From Phaeosaccion multiseriatum (Eukaryota > Protista > Ochrophyta, other classes), in contig OZ218959.1 in NCBI GenBank assembly GCA_965112735.1, forward strand, positions 2,170,001 through 2,234,000: a stretch of 64,000 bases of DNA, read 5' to 3'. Shown here piece by piece: positions 13,332 to 25,382 of this stretch. Every line of letters starts with the position of its first letter. The stretch's first letter is position 1. The translations under genes and the position numbers were made by a program. The notes under the pieces are model-generated. The model had not been told where the DNA came from. It did not search any database and saw nothing but the letters and a program-made list of their open reading frames with translations.

Positions 13332-14501
13332 TCACGAGGTTTCGTCACCACTGTCACTGTCAGCAGCACTCTCACTCTCAGTCTCTTGCTCTTGGAAGAA
13401 TTCCACCTCAAGTCCCTCGGGCAGGTTGTCAGGGAGTTTGTATCCCTCCCACACCACGAGTCGCTCCAGAGCTGCAGGCAGATCCGATGCGAGCAGGGGC
13501 TGCCTGTACCTCCTCCCCAGCTCCAGAGTCCGAAGAGAGGCAGGAAGGGTCACTGGACGACGATTGAAAGGGTGGGAATCGCCAATCTTCAGCACCTCCA
13601 GCCCTTCCGGCAGAATCGTTTCCTCCTCATTGAAGCAATATAGAAACGTGATCTTCCGCAGCGAGGAGGGAAGAGGGATGTAGAAATAACACTGTTCCCC
13701 AAACACTGCTTCCTCTAGAGAGCTGGGCAGAATGAAGTCATCAAATCTCATATGGAATGTGCATCTTTGAAACGTGATCTTCCGCAGCGACGAGGGAAGG
13801 GCCACGGTCTGATCAAACTGCCGGCCCAGCCTCAATTCCTCCAGACAGTCGGGCAGAATCACATCTCCCTGCCCGAAGGCCTCTCCAAACACGATTTTAC
13901 GAAGGGATGGAGGCAAGTCCACTGGCCGATTAAACTTGGACAGTTCACCAAAGCTCAACTCCCTCAATGCGTGCGGGAGTGTGACCTCTCCATCGAAAGC
14001 GTCGCCTAGATGCACACTCTGCAGCCAGTCAGGAAGGCGCAGGTGATAGCAGTTGAAGGAGTTTCCCAGTCGAAGGTGCTTCACCGAGGGAGGGAGCACT
14101 CTAAGCGAGTGTAAGACAAGGGAATTGTCCACCTCCGTTCCACTAAATGTGTATGGCACCCAATAAGGATCACCAGCCTCCAGCGTCGCTGCGGTGACAA
14201 GGAACCGCCGCTGTCCATCGCAGAGCTCTCCTCCTACGCCCTGGAGGCCTTGGCTTGGCTCAGCAGCACTAGAATTGCCAACCGTTTCTCCTTTCAATGG
14301 CGCAAGCTCAAGTCGCTTCTGGTGCTCGAGCATTTTCAAAAGCCGCTGCTGGACAGCTTTAGGGCACTTGTGATTGAGAGTTAGTCGCCTCCCCGCGACT
14401 GCATCCACCTCTCTACACAGCCCCCATAGACTCTTGAAGGAGCCCACATTGGCAGCCAACACGCTAACCACCTCTACCCCATCCCAAGCATTGGTGCACA
14501 T
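13332..14501 (-). CDS. FNIP-repeat (LRR-like) protein
   Basis: Uninterrupted 389-aa ORF with ~22-aa repeats of type LPxSLxxLxFGxxFNxP (for example FNRPVDLPPSLRKIVFGEAF and FNRRPVTLPASLRTLELG). The true start may be further upstream via a candidate acceptor near 14536. Confidence 0.8.
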   Translation of the reverse strand: MCTNAWDGVEVVSVLAANVGSFKSLWGLCREVDAVAGRRLTLNHKCPKAVQQRLLKMLEHQKRLELAPLKGETVGNSSAAEPSQGLQGVGGELCDGQRRFLVTAATLEAGDPYWVPYTFSGTEVDNSLVLHSLRVLPPSVKHLRLGNSFNCYHLRLPDWLQSVHLGDAFDGEVTLPHALRELSFGELSKFNRPVDLPPSLRKIVFGEAFGQGDVILPDCLEELRLGRQFDQTVALPSSLRKITFQRCTFHMRFDDFILPSSLEEAVFGEQCYFYIPLPSSLRKITFLYCFNEEETILPEGLEVLKIGDSHPFNRRPVTLPASLRTLELGRRYRQPLLASDLPAALERLVVWEGYKLPDNLPEGLEVEFFQEQETESESAADSDSGDETS

Positions 14502-15075
14502 AGCAGCAAGATCTAACCTCTTTGAAAGTCCGTATCTGGAAAGTCACCCAGACCCAGCAGAGACTGAGCACAGAGGAGAGAGGGAGAAGAAAGGGAGGGA
14601 AGGTTCAGAGGAAAGAGGGGCGTGGAGCGAAGGAGATGGATATCGGAGAGGGCGATGGATATTTATATATGCGATGGGGGGCGGAGCATCACCATCGAGC
14701 AAAATGTCCTTCAAAACGAAACTGAAACTAATCCCCTCTCTGCCTCGATCACCACCCACATCAACACCCACGGACAGAGCAAAGAGAGCTGGTTGTAAAG
14801 CAGCAAGAAAAGCTGTAAAAGAAAGAAGAAGCGGTGGACCCACCGTGGAGAAGGGACAGACCGTTGACGAGAGGACAAGTATATCCTTTGGAGTTGAGAG
14901 GTAGAGAGAGGGATCGGGAGGGAGAACAAGAGAAGGGACTCTCTTTGCCGTGGGCGGCCTATCTCTCCTAAGACTGGCTCTGGGGCCTAGAAAAAACGAG
15001 GAGAAAGATCGGGGTTGAGCTTGCGCGGTAGGGGCAGCATTGGCAATAGGGGGGTGGGGGCCATAGAGCACGAGG

Positions 15076-18000
15076 ATGGTGAGCTACGAGGACGGAGCTG
15101 ATGGCTACAGCGCGCAGGAGATCTTTGGAGGGGGGCATGACTGCCTCGGCTTCACGTATGATGATGTCATCCTCATGCCAGGTGAGGGATCTGAGAGTCA
15201 GTGATGCTGCGAGCGGAGAAGGAGCGCGACAACCATTGGCACTCTTTGAATTGAATCACTGCTGAAGGCATGGAGAGTTAGACCAGCAATGTGCTGCTCC
15301 GTGCGGAAGAGGACTGTGTGGCGAACTGAGAAGAGAGACAGCAGAAAGACTTTGCCCCTCCTTCTCAAGACTTTCCCTCTCCCCGCTTCTTTCCTTTAAC
15401 CCTCGTCACGAAGGTTTTGCGGAGGATACTATAGCGGATATTGACCTCTCGAGCATGGTCACACGCAACATCAAGCTCAAGGTAAGTATTCTGATCTCTT
15501 ACCCCTCCCCCCTACCTCTTCCATGCTGTATTTCCCAGCCTCTCTTATTCTGTCCCCACCGCTCCTACCACATCATCCCCTCCCTTCCCCCTCCCCTTCC
15601 CCCTAACTCTCACTCCCCCCTCCCTCCTCCCTCCCCGTCCTCCTCCCCCTCCCCTTAACCCCCACCTTCAGCTCCCCCTGGTCTCCTCTCCCATGGACAC
15701 AGTCACAGAGTCGTCCATGGCGATTCAGATGGCACTCTTTGGTGCCCTAGGCGTGATTCACTACAACATGCCCACCGAGGATCAGGCTAGGCATGTGCGC
15801 ATGGTTAAGCGCTTCAAGAACGGCTTCATTGTGGACCCCATATGCCTCTCCCCACAGAACACCGTCCAAGACGTCCTGGTACGTAACGTCAATCTCTTTC
15901 CTTTCGTATCGTTTTCGTTGGTCGTACATACTCGTGGGTGATGTGATGTGTTATTAGTCGTGTGTTGTTGTCATTTGTGTTATTCTGTCAGTGCTCTCCA
16001 CAGTGGTAGAGAACCAACTGCTATTCTTCCCGTCCTCGAAGGCACGTAGGGGGTGTGGACGAAGAGAGGAATCGCCTCTTTTTGGTGTCTTTGCACACGC
16101 CTACTTCCTGGAGATCAACCTTCCCTCCTGTCCTCTCCCTCGTCTCCCTCTCTCCCTCTACCTTCTCTCTCTTGTCCTCTTTCTCTCCTCCCTCTTCTCC
16201 TCTCTATTCTCGTTTCTCTCTCCCCTCCCGTCTCCTCTCTTCTCCTCTCTTCTCTGCTCCTGTTTCTCTCCTCTCTCTTTCCCCCTCTTTCTCTGCTCTC
16301 TCCCTCTGTTTTCGCAGGACATCAAGAACCGCTACGGCTACAGCGGTATTCCCATCACGCGAACAGGCAAGGCGGGCTCCGAGCTGGCTGGCATCATCAC
16401 TTCACGGGACATTGACTTTCAGCCAAATCTGTCTCAAAAGCTCGAGGAGGTAAGCAGGCAACACAGCACTTGCAAACTTTTGTCTTTGCTTTACACTCTT
16501 TTGTTCGCCTTCCTTGTGTCGGCATCCGCGCCGTTGGGAAGAAGCTTGTTTCTGTCTGCTTACACACACATGCACACACACACACACTCTCTCTCTCTCT
16601 CTACATACACACACACGCACACACACACACTCTCTCTCTACATACACACACATGCACTCACGCACGCACGCACGCACGCAGGTGATGACCAAGCAGCCCG
16701 TAACGGCACCGGAAGGCGTGTCTCTCACTGAGGCCAATGCCCTCCTCAGTAAGTCAAAGAAGGGCAAGCTGCCTGTGGTCAACAAGAAGGGGGAGCTTGT
16801 CGCCCTCATCTCCAGGAAGGACCTCATTAAGAACAAGGACTTCCCCTTCGCCACCAAGGACAAGAATAAGCAGCTCATGTGCGGGGCTGCCATCGGCACC
16901 AGACCGGGTAGGTTGGGATGGCAGTGGATGGGACGAGAGTGGAACGGATGGCAATGGATGGGATGTTTTTTTCTCTGTCTCTAATCCCCCCCCCCTCCCT
17001 CCCCTCTCCCTCTCCCTCTGCGTCTTTGCATTGCTGTGCATGTGTTTGTGCATGTGGCTCAGGTGACCGCGTTCGTCTGGCAGCTCTCGTAGAGGCCGGG
17101 GTTGATGTGATCGTCATTGATTCTTCGCAGGGGGACTCCATGTATCAACACGAAATGGTGAGTGAGTGAGTGAGTGAGTGGGTGAGTGAGTGAGGGAGTG
17201 AATGACTGAATGACTGAATGAGTTAGTGAGTGAGTGAGTGAGTGAGTGAGTGTGTGAGTGAGTGAGTGAGTGAGTGGGTGAGTGAGTGAGTGAGTGTGTG
17301 GGTGGGTGGGTGAGTTAGTGAGTGAGTGTGTGGGTGGGTGAGTTAGTGAGTGAATGAGTGAAGGAGTGAGGAGTGAGTGAGTGAGTGAGTGAGTGAGGGA
17401 GGGAGGGAGGGAGGGATGGAGAGAGTGAGTGACTGAATGACGGAGTGATTGATTTCTTCACGGTTGACTGAGTGGGTCGCTGCCACTGCCATGCTGCTGT
17501 CACAAACTTTGCTGTTACGTTACTAGGCCCTCAAATGGGGATGCGAAAGAAGGAAACAAACACTCTTACGCCCACCCCCATCCCCTCCCCCTCCCTCACC
17601 CCCTCCCCCCACGCCAAACAGGTCAAGTTCATCAAATCCACCTACCCCTCTATCGACGTCGTGGGCGGCAATGTGGCCACCGCCCGCCAGGCCTTCAACC
17701 TCATCAAATCCGGCGTGGACGGACTCCGGGTCGGCATGGGCGTCGGGTCAATCTGTACCACACAAGAGGTGTGCGCAGTGGGAAGGGCGCAGGCCTCGGC
17801 TGTGTTCAAGACGTCACAACTGGCGAGGAAGTTTGGCGTACCAGTGTGGGCAGATGGGGGAGTGGCGAGCTCGGGGCACATTGTGAAAGCCCTTGCCGTG
17901 GGCGCTGGTGTGGTGATGATGGGAAGCATGCTTGCGGGTACAGAAGAAGCACCTGGAGAGTACTTCTTCCAAGACGGAGTGCGACTCAAGCGGTACCGTG

Positions 18001-18320
18001 GCATGGGCTCCATTGAGGCAATGTCGCAGGGGAGTGAGAAGCGATACTTTGCCTCCGGGGCAAAGGTGAAGGTAGCACAGGGGGTGAGTGGGGCAGTGGT
18101 GGACAAGGGCTCCTTGACTTCTTACCTCCCTTACTTGGTGCAGGGGGTGAAGCACGGACTGCATGACGTGGGTCAGCTGAGTGTGGAGTCGATGCGGAAA
18201 GCCATGCTGGAGAAGCAGCTTAGGTTTGAGCTGCGCTCTCCGGCGGCACAGAGGGAAGGAGGTGTGCACAGCTTGCATTCCATCACGGTGGCCAGGTCCA
18301 CCTCCAACAGAGGCGTGTGA
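15076..18320 (+). CDS. IMPDH: Inosine-5'-monophosphate dehydrogenase with CBS pair
   Basis: Approximate exons: 15076-15181, 15414-15481, 15672-15878, 16318-16449, 16682-16907, 17063-17157 and 17622-18320. Motifs: [41 protein letters not shown] (catalytic Cys), ADGG, YRGMGS and AQGVSG. Confidence 0.97.
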
Positions 18321-19129
18321 TATGGGTGTTGGGCAAGGGAGAGGCAGGCAGGCAGGCAGGGAGGGAGGGAGGCAGGGAGGGAGAGGCAGGCAGGGAGGGA
18401 GGCAGGGAGGGAGGGAGGAAGACTGCCTTGCTGTGCCCTTGCTTTGCCCTTGCTTGCTTGCTTCCTGCTGGAGCCGTCGGTGTGTGACTGGTGGGACATG
18501 GTACAGAGAAAAAGTGTGTGTGTGTGTTAGCAACGTACGACTTACGTACGTGTACAAGTGTTCAGGAGGAGGATCGGCTTTTTCTTGTCCTCGCCACGAT
18601 GCCATGTCTATCAGCGCTTCACGTCGAATGCACTTCGAAATGAAACGTACGCACTTGGAACAAAGACAGAGATTCAATTCACTCACCCAATTTTTTTTTT
18701 GTGTGCTTGCTGTATATTACATCAGTTTCGTTTTGAATGCTTGCTGCCTTGCCATAGCGCCAGCGCGAGGAGAGGGAAGGACAGGCGAGACCCCTCGCCT
18801 TGTCTGTGCTCTGCTCTACTTGCCCGCTTGCCCGCCTGCTTGCCTGCCGGCACAAACCTCCACTCTAGCCCTCTACCTTCATTCTTTTCATCACTCTCTA
18901 CTTTTACCCCCGGACTGCTTTGCTTCTACGCCTCTCTCTCCCTCAGCTCTACAGTCGGCCATACTCTCCGCAAGTCGCTGTTGTATCACCAACTACTGCT
19001 ACTGATGGCGAGGATCGCTCCCCCACCCCCCCCCCACCCCCCCGCCCAGCGCCCATTCGCCATCTGCCTCTCTCCTCCTCCCCACCGCGAAGAATGCAAC
19101 ACCACACCAATAACACCTCCAAAAGCTTC

Positions 19130-20207
19130 TCAGAAATCGCTGTCAACTGTAAACGTCCGCCCGTGACCGCTGCTCCCCTCCCCCGCGCCGCCGGAGAGTT
19201 TCGCACTGGTCATGACACCGGCCTTTTGGTACTCTCCTACCCTCTTCTCAAAGAAGTTGGTCTTGCCCTGCAGGGAGATTAGGTCCATCCAGTCGAAGGG
19301 GTTGGCGGCGTGGTAGTGCTTTTGCCCGCCCAACGACAGAAGCATGCGGTCGGCCACAAACTCAACGTAGGTGGCCATGGTATCGGCGTTCATGCCAATG
19401 AGACTCACGGGCAGAGCGTCGCAGATGAAAGCCTTTTCCACTTCGACTGCGTTGGTGACAATCTCCAGCAGCTGCTCCCGCGGTAGAGGGCGATCGAGCA
19501 TGCGATAGAGCTCGCAGGCAAAGTCGCAATGTAAGCCCTCGTCCCTGCTGATCATCTCATTGCTGAAGGTAAGGCCGGGCATGAGGCCCCGCTTCTTGAG
19601 CCAGAAGATGGCGCAAAAGCTCCCACTGAAGAAAATGCCCTCCACCGCTGCAAAGGCCACCTGAAGAGTTACGTAATGACATATCACATGACAGGAGGGA
19701 AAGGGGGGTGAATGGGGGTCAATGGGATGAATGGATGGATACATGGACGGAGTGAGATGGATGAATGGATGGGTGGGAGGGGCTGCTGGACACACACCAC
19801 GTCCGCGCGCATGAATGGACGGTGGTGGGCAAATCCAACCTCCGTTTGTCTCCCCATATGCTTCCATCCACCACCACCACACCCTCTCACCCCCTCTGCA
19901 CCCAACCCCCCCCCCCCTCCCTCGACTTCAATCAGAAGCCACTGTGCACTCTCTCTCTCACTCTCTCTCTCTCTCACTCCTTCCGGAACAAAGCCAGCAG
20001 CCCCCTCCACCCCCTCTCTCTCTCGTCCTCCCTCCCCCTCTCCCTCCACCTACTTACCAGCCGCTCAGCGAAGCTTGCCTCACTTCCCATCCAGCGCATT
20101 GCCCAGTCCGCTTTCCGTTTCACAGCGCCAACTTGGCTGTAGGCCGTGAAGAGGCGGGTCCTCTCTTGCGTGTCTCGGATGTACGTTTGGAGAAGCTGTG
20201 GGCAACG

Positions 20208-20250
<43 letters not shown>

Positions 20251-21519
20251 ACGCAGCACAACACGATACATAGTTGACAGCGTGTGAGGAGGAACAGGAC
20301 CGGTGCCCACTTTGGAACTTCAGACCGCGATCATGGCCCCCCCCTCCCTCCCTTGCTCTCTCGATGGCCGACAAGCTGCTGCTGCTGCTGCTCGGTATCT
20401 ACTACTCTATCTCATTATCTCATCTGTGATAAAATGAGGATGTGAGGATGATGGAGCACAAACGCAGCGCATTGACTGACTGACTGATGGACTGACCTGT
20501 GCATACATCTCCTGGTGGATGGACTCCATGGCAATCTGGAAACCGTAAAAGCAGCGCGCTTCCGGCAGCTGCACGTCTTTGCAGAAGCGGTGCACGAGGT
20601 TCTCCATGACGATGCCGTCGCTCGAGGCGAAGAAGGCCAACACCATGCTGATAAAGTGGCGCTCGTTTTCACTCAAGCTGTCCCAGTCCGCCAGGTCCTG
20701 GGACAGATCCACCTCCTCCACCGTCCAAAAGGAGGCCTCGGCTTGCTTGTACATGTGCCAGAGGTTGTTGTGCTTGATGGGAAAGAGCACAAAGCGCGCC
20801 TCATCGGGGCGGCACATGGGCTCCACCCAGGCCTTGCTCGTGCTGGTCTCCCTCGCTATTCGGGCCCTCATCTCGCTGGCCTCTGCTATCCTCTCGTCTC
20901 GCGCCCATCCTCCCTCCGCCAATAATGCCTCGCCACCAGCCGCTGCCCCCGCCTTTCCTTCAATGACTATGCTGCTGTCACTGCTACCATCACTCTCCCT
21001 TGTCAGCCCCCTTGCCTCCTTGAGAGCATCAACTGCCACCCCCTCTGTCTTTCTCTTCACCCCACCAGTAGTGCTCCTGTGGATTGCTGACCCCACACTC
21101 GCCCCTTGCCCTTTTCGGACTCCCACGTCCTCGTGTACCTTCGCCTCTTGCTCTCTATGTAAACCCTTCTCCTCCTTCCCTCCTCCTCTTGATACAGCCT
21201 CTTCCTCCCCCTGTTGTACACTGTTCCTCACCCCCCCCCCCTCCACTTCTTCTCGTTCCTCACCCTCCTCGCCTCCATCCCCACCCTCAACCTTCCGTCG
21301 AGCCCCCTTGTCTCCTGCTGCTGCCGCTGCTGATGTCGAGAACGTTTGCCCCTTTGTGAACCCCACCTTTTCGGTGCTGTTGTGCACCTGCACCCCGCTC
21401 CCTTGAGCTCGCCGTGGCAGATGCACAGAGGCTCCGTCCACCACCCAACCCTCTCGACACACCACGACCATCACACCTATCCATGTAGCCCCTGCTGCTG
21501 CTGCTCCACATAGCTTCAT
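19130..21519 (-). CDS. RNR2: Ribonucleotide reductase class Ia small subunit (R2) with a long N-terminal extension
   Basis: Exons 21519-20497, 20195-20058 and 19660-19130. Motifs: [38 protein letters not shown] (radical Tyr), [28 protein letters not shown] and C-terminal FTVDSDF. The start codon is uncertain (alternative ATG at 20871). Confidence 0.95.
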
Positions 21520-22837
21520 GGCTCTGCCACCGCAGACCCTTTTCTGTCCCTTCTCCACCACCCCCGTTTGCCGCAAAAAGGTGCAAAAGGTTAGAACGAT
21601 GCGTTTTCAACAGAGTACCCTGTTCGTCCTGTCAATCGGGCTACTGTGTCGTCGCGTTTGTGGTGTTTTTTGTGCTTCTTGTGTACTCTGTGGTCCCCGT
21701 GGAAACTCGCGAGTCGAGTAACTGAAACTCACAGGAAACCTTTCAACTGGCGGCGTGCCAAAGGTTCGGGCCTGCTAGCACGTCAGGGGTCGATGGAGAG
21801 GCTACCAGGTACTGCCAAGATGCCAGTGCCAGCAGATGCAAAAATGCCAACACCCCCCTGCATGTCCTGCCCTGATGTCATGTCCTGGTCTCAGGTTAGT
21901 TGCTTTCATGACGAAACTGAAATCTTTTTGCGTAATAATTCTATTCCACTTTGAGAAGTGTGTGAGTCCCCGTGCCAGGTACACCCAAATTGGGGCATAA
22001 AAGCAGCCGGGACTAACACAATTAGTGCACGAGTACGCGTCACATTCTCCCGCGCGTGCGCGTAGTGTGCGTGCGTGCGTGCGTGTTCAACACTCTTACC
22101 AAACCCTCACTCCGATTTGTAGGCCCGGGTGACAGACATATGACAACCACGCTCCTGCGTCAACCCCTCCTCTCTCTACCTTCCCTTCACTTCACCCCTT
22201 CCACTCTCCCCCCTCCCTCCCTCACTCTCTCTCTACCTCACTCACTCACTCACGCTGTCTTGCGTTGCACGGCCCTCCCAATGGAGCGCACTCGTGCCTC
22301 CCTCGGTCCCATCCAGAGGGAAAGCTTGTCTTGTGCAAGAGAATTCCATCCCGAACAACCAACCCTCCAACATCCCTCCTCTACTCTAAAAACCAGCCAT
22401 CTACGCAGAGGAGGGAGTCAGCTTTGCTTTGGCCTTTGTGACAAGACTCTTGAGCATGGCCCGCTTCTTTCCACCAGTGCGCCTGCGGATCGAGAGGCGC
22501 CAGCAAGAGAAGGGAGCGAAAGGTTAGAGAACGAGCGACGGGCACGACGGTTACACGACGGTTACACGACGGTTACACTACGGGGGGGGCTTCTTCGTCG
22601 CGGAATGTAGCTACCTCACGATAAGTCTTGAGGGCCTCAAAACAACCACTTCTCTTCCTCTCCCTCTATCCATCAATCTCCATGCCACTCCCAGCCCCAC
22701 CCTCCCTCTCTACGAAACTCGACTCTTCTTCCTTCCCTATCTCCCCCCCCCTCGACCCCTACCACTGGCCCCCCTAGACACTTGTATACCCCTCCGCACC
22801 TCCCATACCCACCTGCACTATAGGCTCTCCCTCTAAC

Positions 22838-25005
22838 TCACTTTGGCACGGCCCCAAACTTCTCCACAAGCAGCTCCTCCAGCACCGGCAGAAGATCTTC
22901 GTCATCGGCCACAACCCCCTTCTTATGCATAGTGGCAAGGTTATGGTCCTCGCCCACCGTCCCGCCCAGCAGAATGTTGACCCCAGGAACGGCCTTCTTG
23001 TCCCTCCTGGCCGGGCCTCCCATGAGCCCAATGTCGCCCACCTGCGCCTGCCCGCAGCTGTTGGGGCAGCCCGTCCAGTGCATGCGAGGAGCCCCCTCGG
23101 GGAAATCGAATTTGGCGTCCAGTTTGCCGGCAAAGGCAATGGCATTGTTCTTGGTCTCGACAAGGCCCAGGCTGCAAAACTCCGACCCCGTGCATGACAC
23201 CATCTTGCTCACCAAAGCCCCCTGCTCCACGGGGAAACGCGTGGCGAAGAAGGGCATCTTTTGCATCTCTGCCACCTTGTCCGTGTCTACATTAGGAAAG
23301 AGGATGTGCTGATCCACCGTCAAGCGGATCTCGCCGCCCGAGTACTTGTCCGCCACGTCCGCCGCCATGTCACAGTCGGATGGTGTAAGTCGCCCGGCAG
23401 GGATGTTGACGCACACCCACGACTTGCCCTCCTGCTTCTGCTCGTGAATGCCCACCACGTCGCGCTTCTCGTAGCGGCCCTCGGGGGCGGGGGCGGCCTT
23501 GGAGGGGGTGTAGGAGGGGTCGTCCAGCTGCACCTGACGTTATATGGTAGCAGTAAAAGGAGGAGGAGGAGGAGGAGGAGGAGGAGGAGGAGGAGGAGGA
23601 GGAGGAGAAGGAGGAGGAGGAGGAGGAGGAGGAGGAGGAGCGTAGTAGTAGTAGAAGTAATAGTCGTAGTCGTAATCGTGACGAGAAGCAGAAATAGCAG
23701 GACCGGGTATGTTGGTAAGAGGGCACAGGGAGGGGAGGGGCGCAGCAGAATGAGGACAGGTGGGCTTGAGGGGAGTGAGGGCAAGCAGCTGTCGCCTTGG
23801 AATAGCGCGCTAATTCAGGTAGTAACTCAGGCACAGTCAAGTCGGGCTCTTCGAAACACACTCACCTTCATCTCCTCCACCACGGCGTCTCTGAACTTGT
23901 CAATACCCCAATCGTCGAGCAGATACATGAGGCGGGCCTTGTCTCGGGCCTGGCGGAGTCCATTGTCGCGGAACACGATCATGACCGCTTTCGCCATGGC
24001 ATAGGCTTTGCTCTCGGGCACCCACAGGTCCAGAGGCAGGCTCAAATCAGCACGCTTGATGCTGAAGAGTCCCCCCACAACAATGTTGAAGCCCATCTCC
24101 CCCGTCTCCGGATGCGCAATGGGCTGCATACCCAAGTCATTGATCATGGTATGGGCAAAGTCGTCTCGGCCACCGCTAATGGCAATGTTAAACTTTCTCG
24201 GCAGGTTGCCCCACTCCGGCGTGCCCTTGCGATCGCCCGAGAGCATATTGCTGAGCTCGGTGCAGAGGTTGCGTGTGTCCACGAGCTCGTGCGGGTCAAT
24301 GCCGGCAATGGGGCTCCCCACCATATTCCTCACCGAGTCCATGCCCGTTTGGTAGCAGGTGAGGCCAATGTCGTACAGCTCATTCACCACGTCCGATGCA
24401 TCCTCGAGCACCACGCCTCTGAGCTGGAGCCCCATGCGTGTGGTAATATCCAGCACCCCAATGCGAGGGTCGTACTTCTTCACAAGAGCCCCTGTCCTGC
24501 GCATCTGCTCTGACGTGACAATGCCATTGGGGATCTTGACTCGCACCATAAACGTCCCCGGGTCCCGCTTCCTCCTGTGGAAGAAGCCCGCCCACTTGAG
24601 CCGAATATCGGCGTCGTTAATGTCCAGCTCCTCCCAGGTGTACTCTCCGGATCGGACAGCCGCGCTAAAGTCATGGATCTCCGTCCAGGCGGCGGTGCCG
24701 CACTTTTCGAGCTTCACCTTCTCAAACTTGTTCTTTGCAGCCTCGGAACGCGCCACAGCCTCCTCGGGGAGGTAATCCTTTCCAACCTTCTTGGTCGTGG
24801 TGGTGCTTGAAGTCGTCGCTGTGGCAGTACTGAAAAGGGCGGCCGAGCGTCTGCTCTGGTGCTTGCTACCGCTTCCCGCCTTCCTGCTAAGTCCTCCCTG
24901 CAGGGCGCTGACGGGCGTCGCCGTGAAGGCATCCGCCAAAAGAGCCGTACCACAGCAGAGGACGCCAGTGGCTAGGAGGCGCATTGGCCTACCCCTCGGA
25001 GCCAT
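22838..25005 (-). CDS. nirA: Ferredoxin-nitrite reductase, plastid-targeted
   Basis: Exons 25005-23866 and 23533-22838. Motifs: RLKWAGFFHR, DITTRMGLQLRG, NLPRKFNIAISG and siroheme/4Fe-4S ligands SCTGSEFC and WTGCPNSCGQ. The N-terminus is a hydrophobic signal followed by ADA-FTATP. Confidence 0.95.
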
Positions 25006-25382
25006 GAGGAAGCTCTCTCTTTCTTTCTCTTTCTCTCTCTCTCTCTCTCTCTTTCTTTGCTATATCCAAAGAAAGAAGGTGATGAGGACCAATAAAAAAG
25101 GTGGTGACGTTCCTCATGTGTCGCCGATTTTGAAACTCGATAGGCTCGATTTCAACTATGTCAATGGACCTAACCGCCCACCCCCCCCCCCAAAAAAATG
25201 CTTCATCTCACCCCTTTCGCCCCTGGCCTGCCATCTCCCTCTCCCTCTCTTCTCATGTTAAGAACAAGTGACTCCTTCGCTTCGTGACAACCATTGCTTC
25301 GCAGGAGTTACCATTGCTACAGCCAAGAGAACTCTCTGTTCCTCATGAGCTGCGTGCAGCTTCAGGCACAGAGGGGGTCGTG

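Noticed and set aside
21693-21974. 9-bp direct repeat GTCCCCGTG flanking ~264 bp, suggesting a Mutator-like insertion
   Set aside because: There are no terminal inverted repeats inside the direct repeats.
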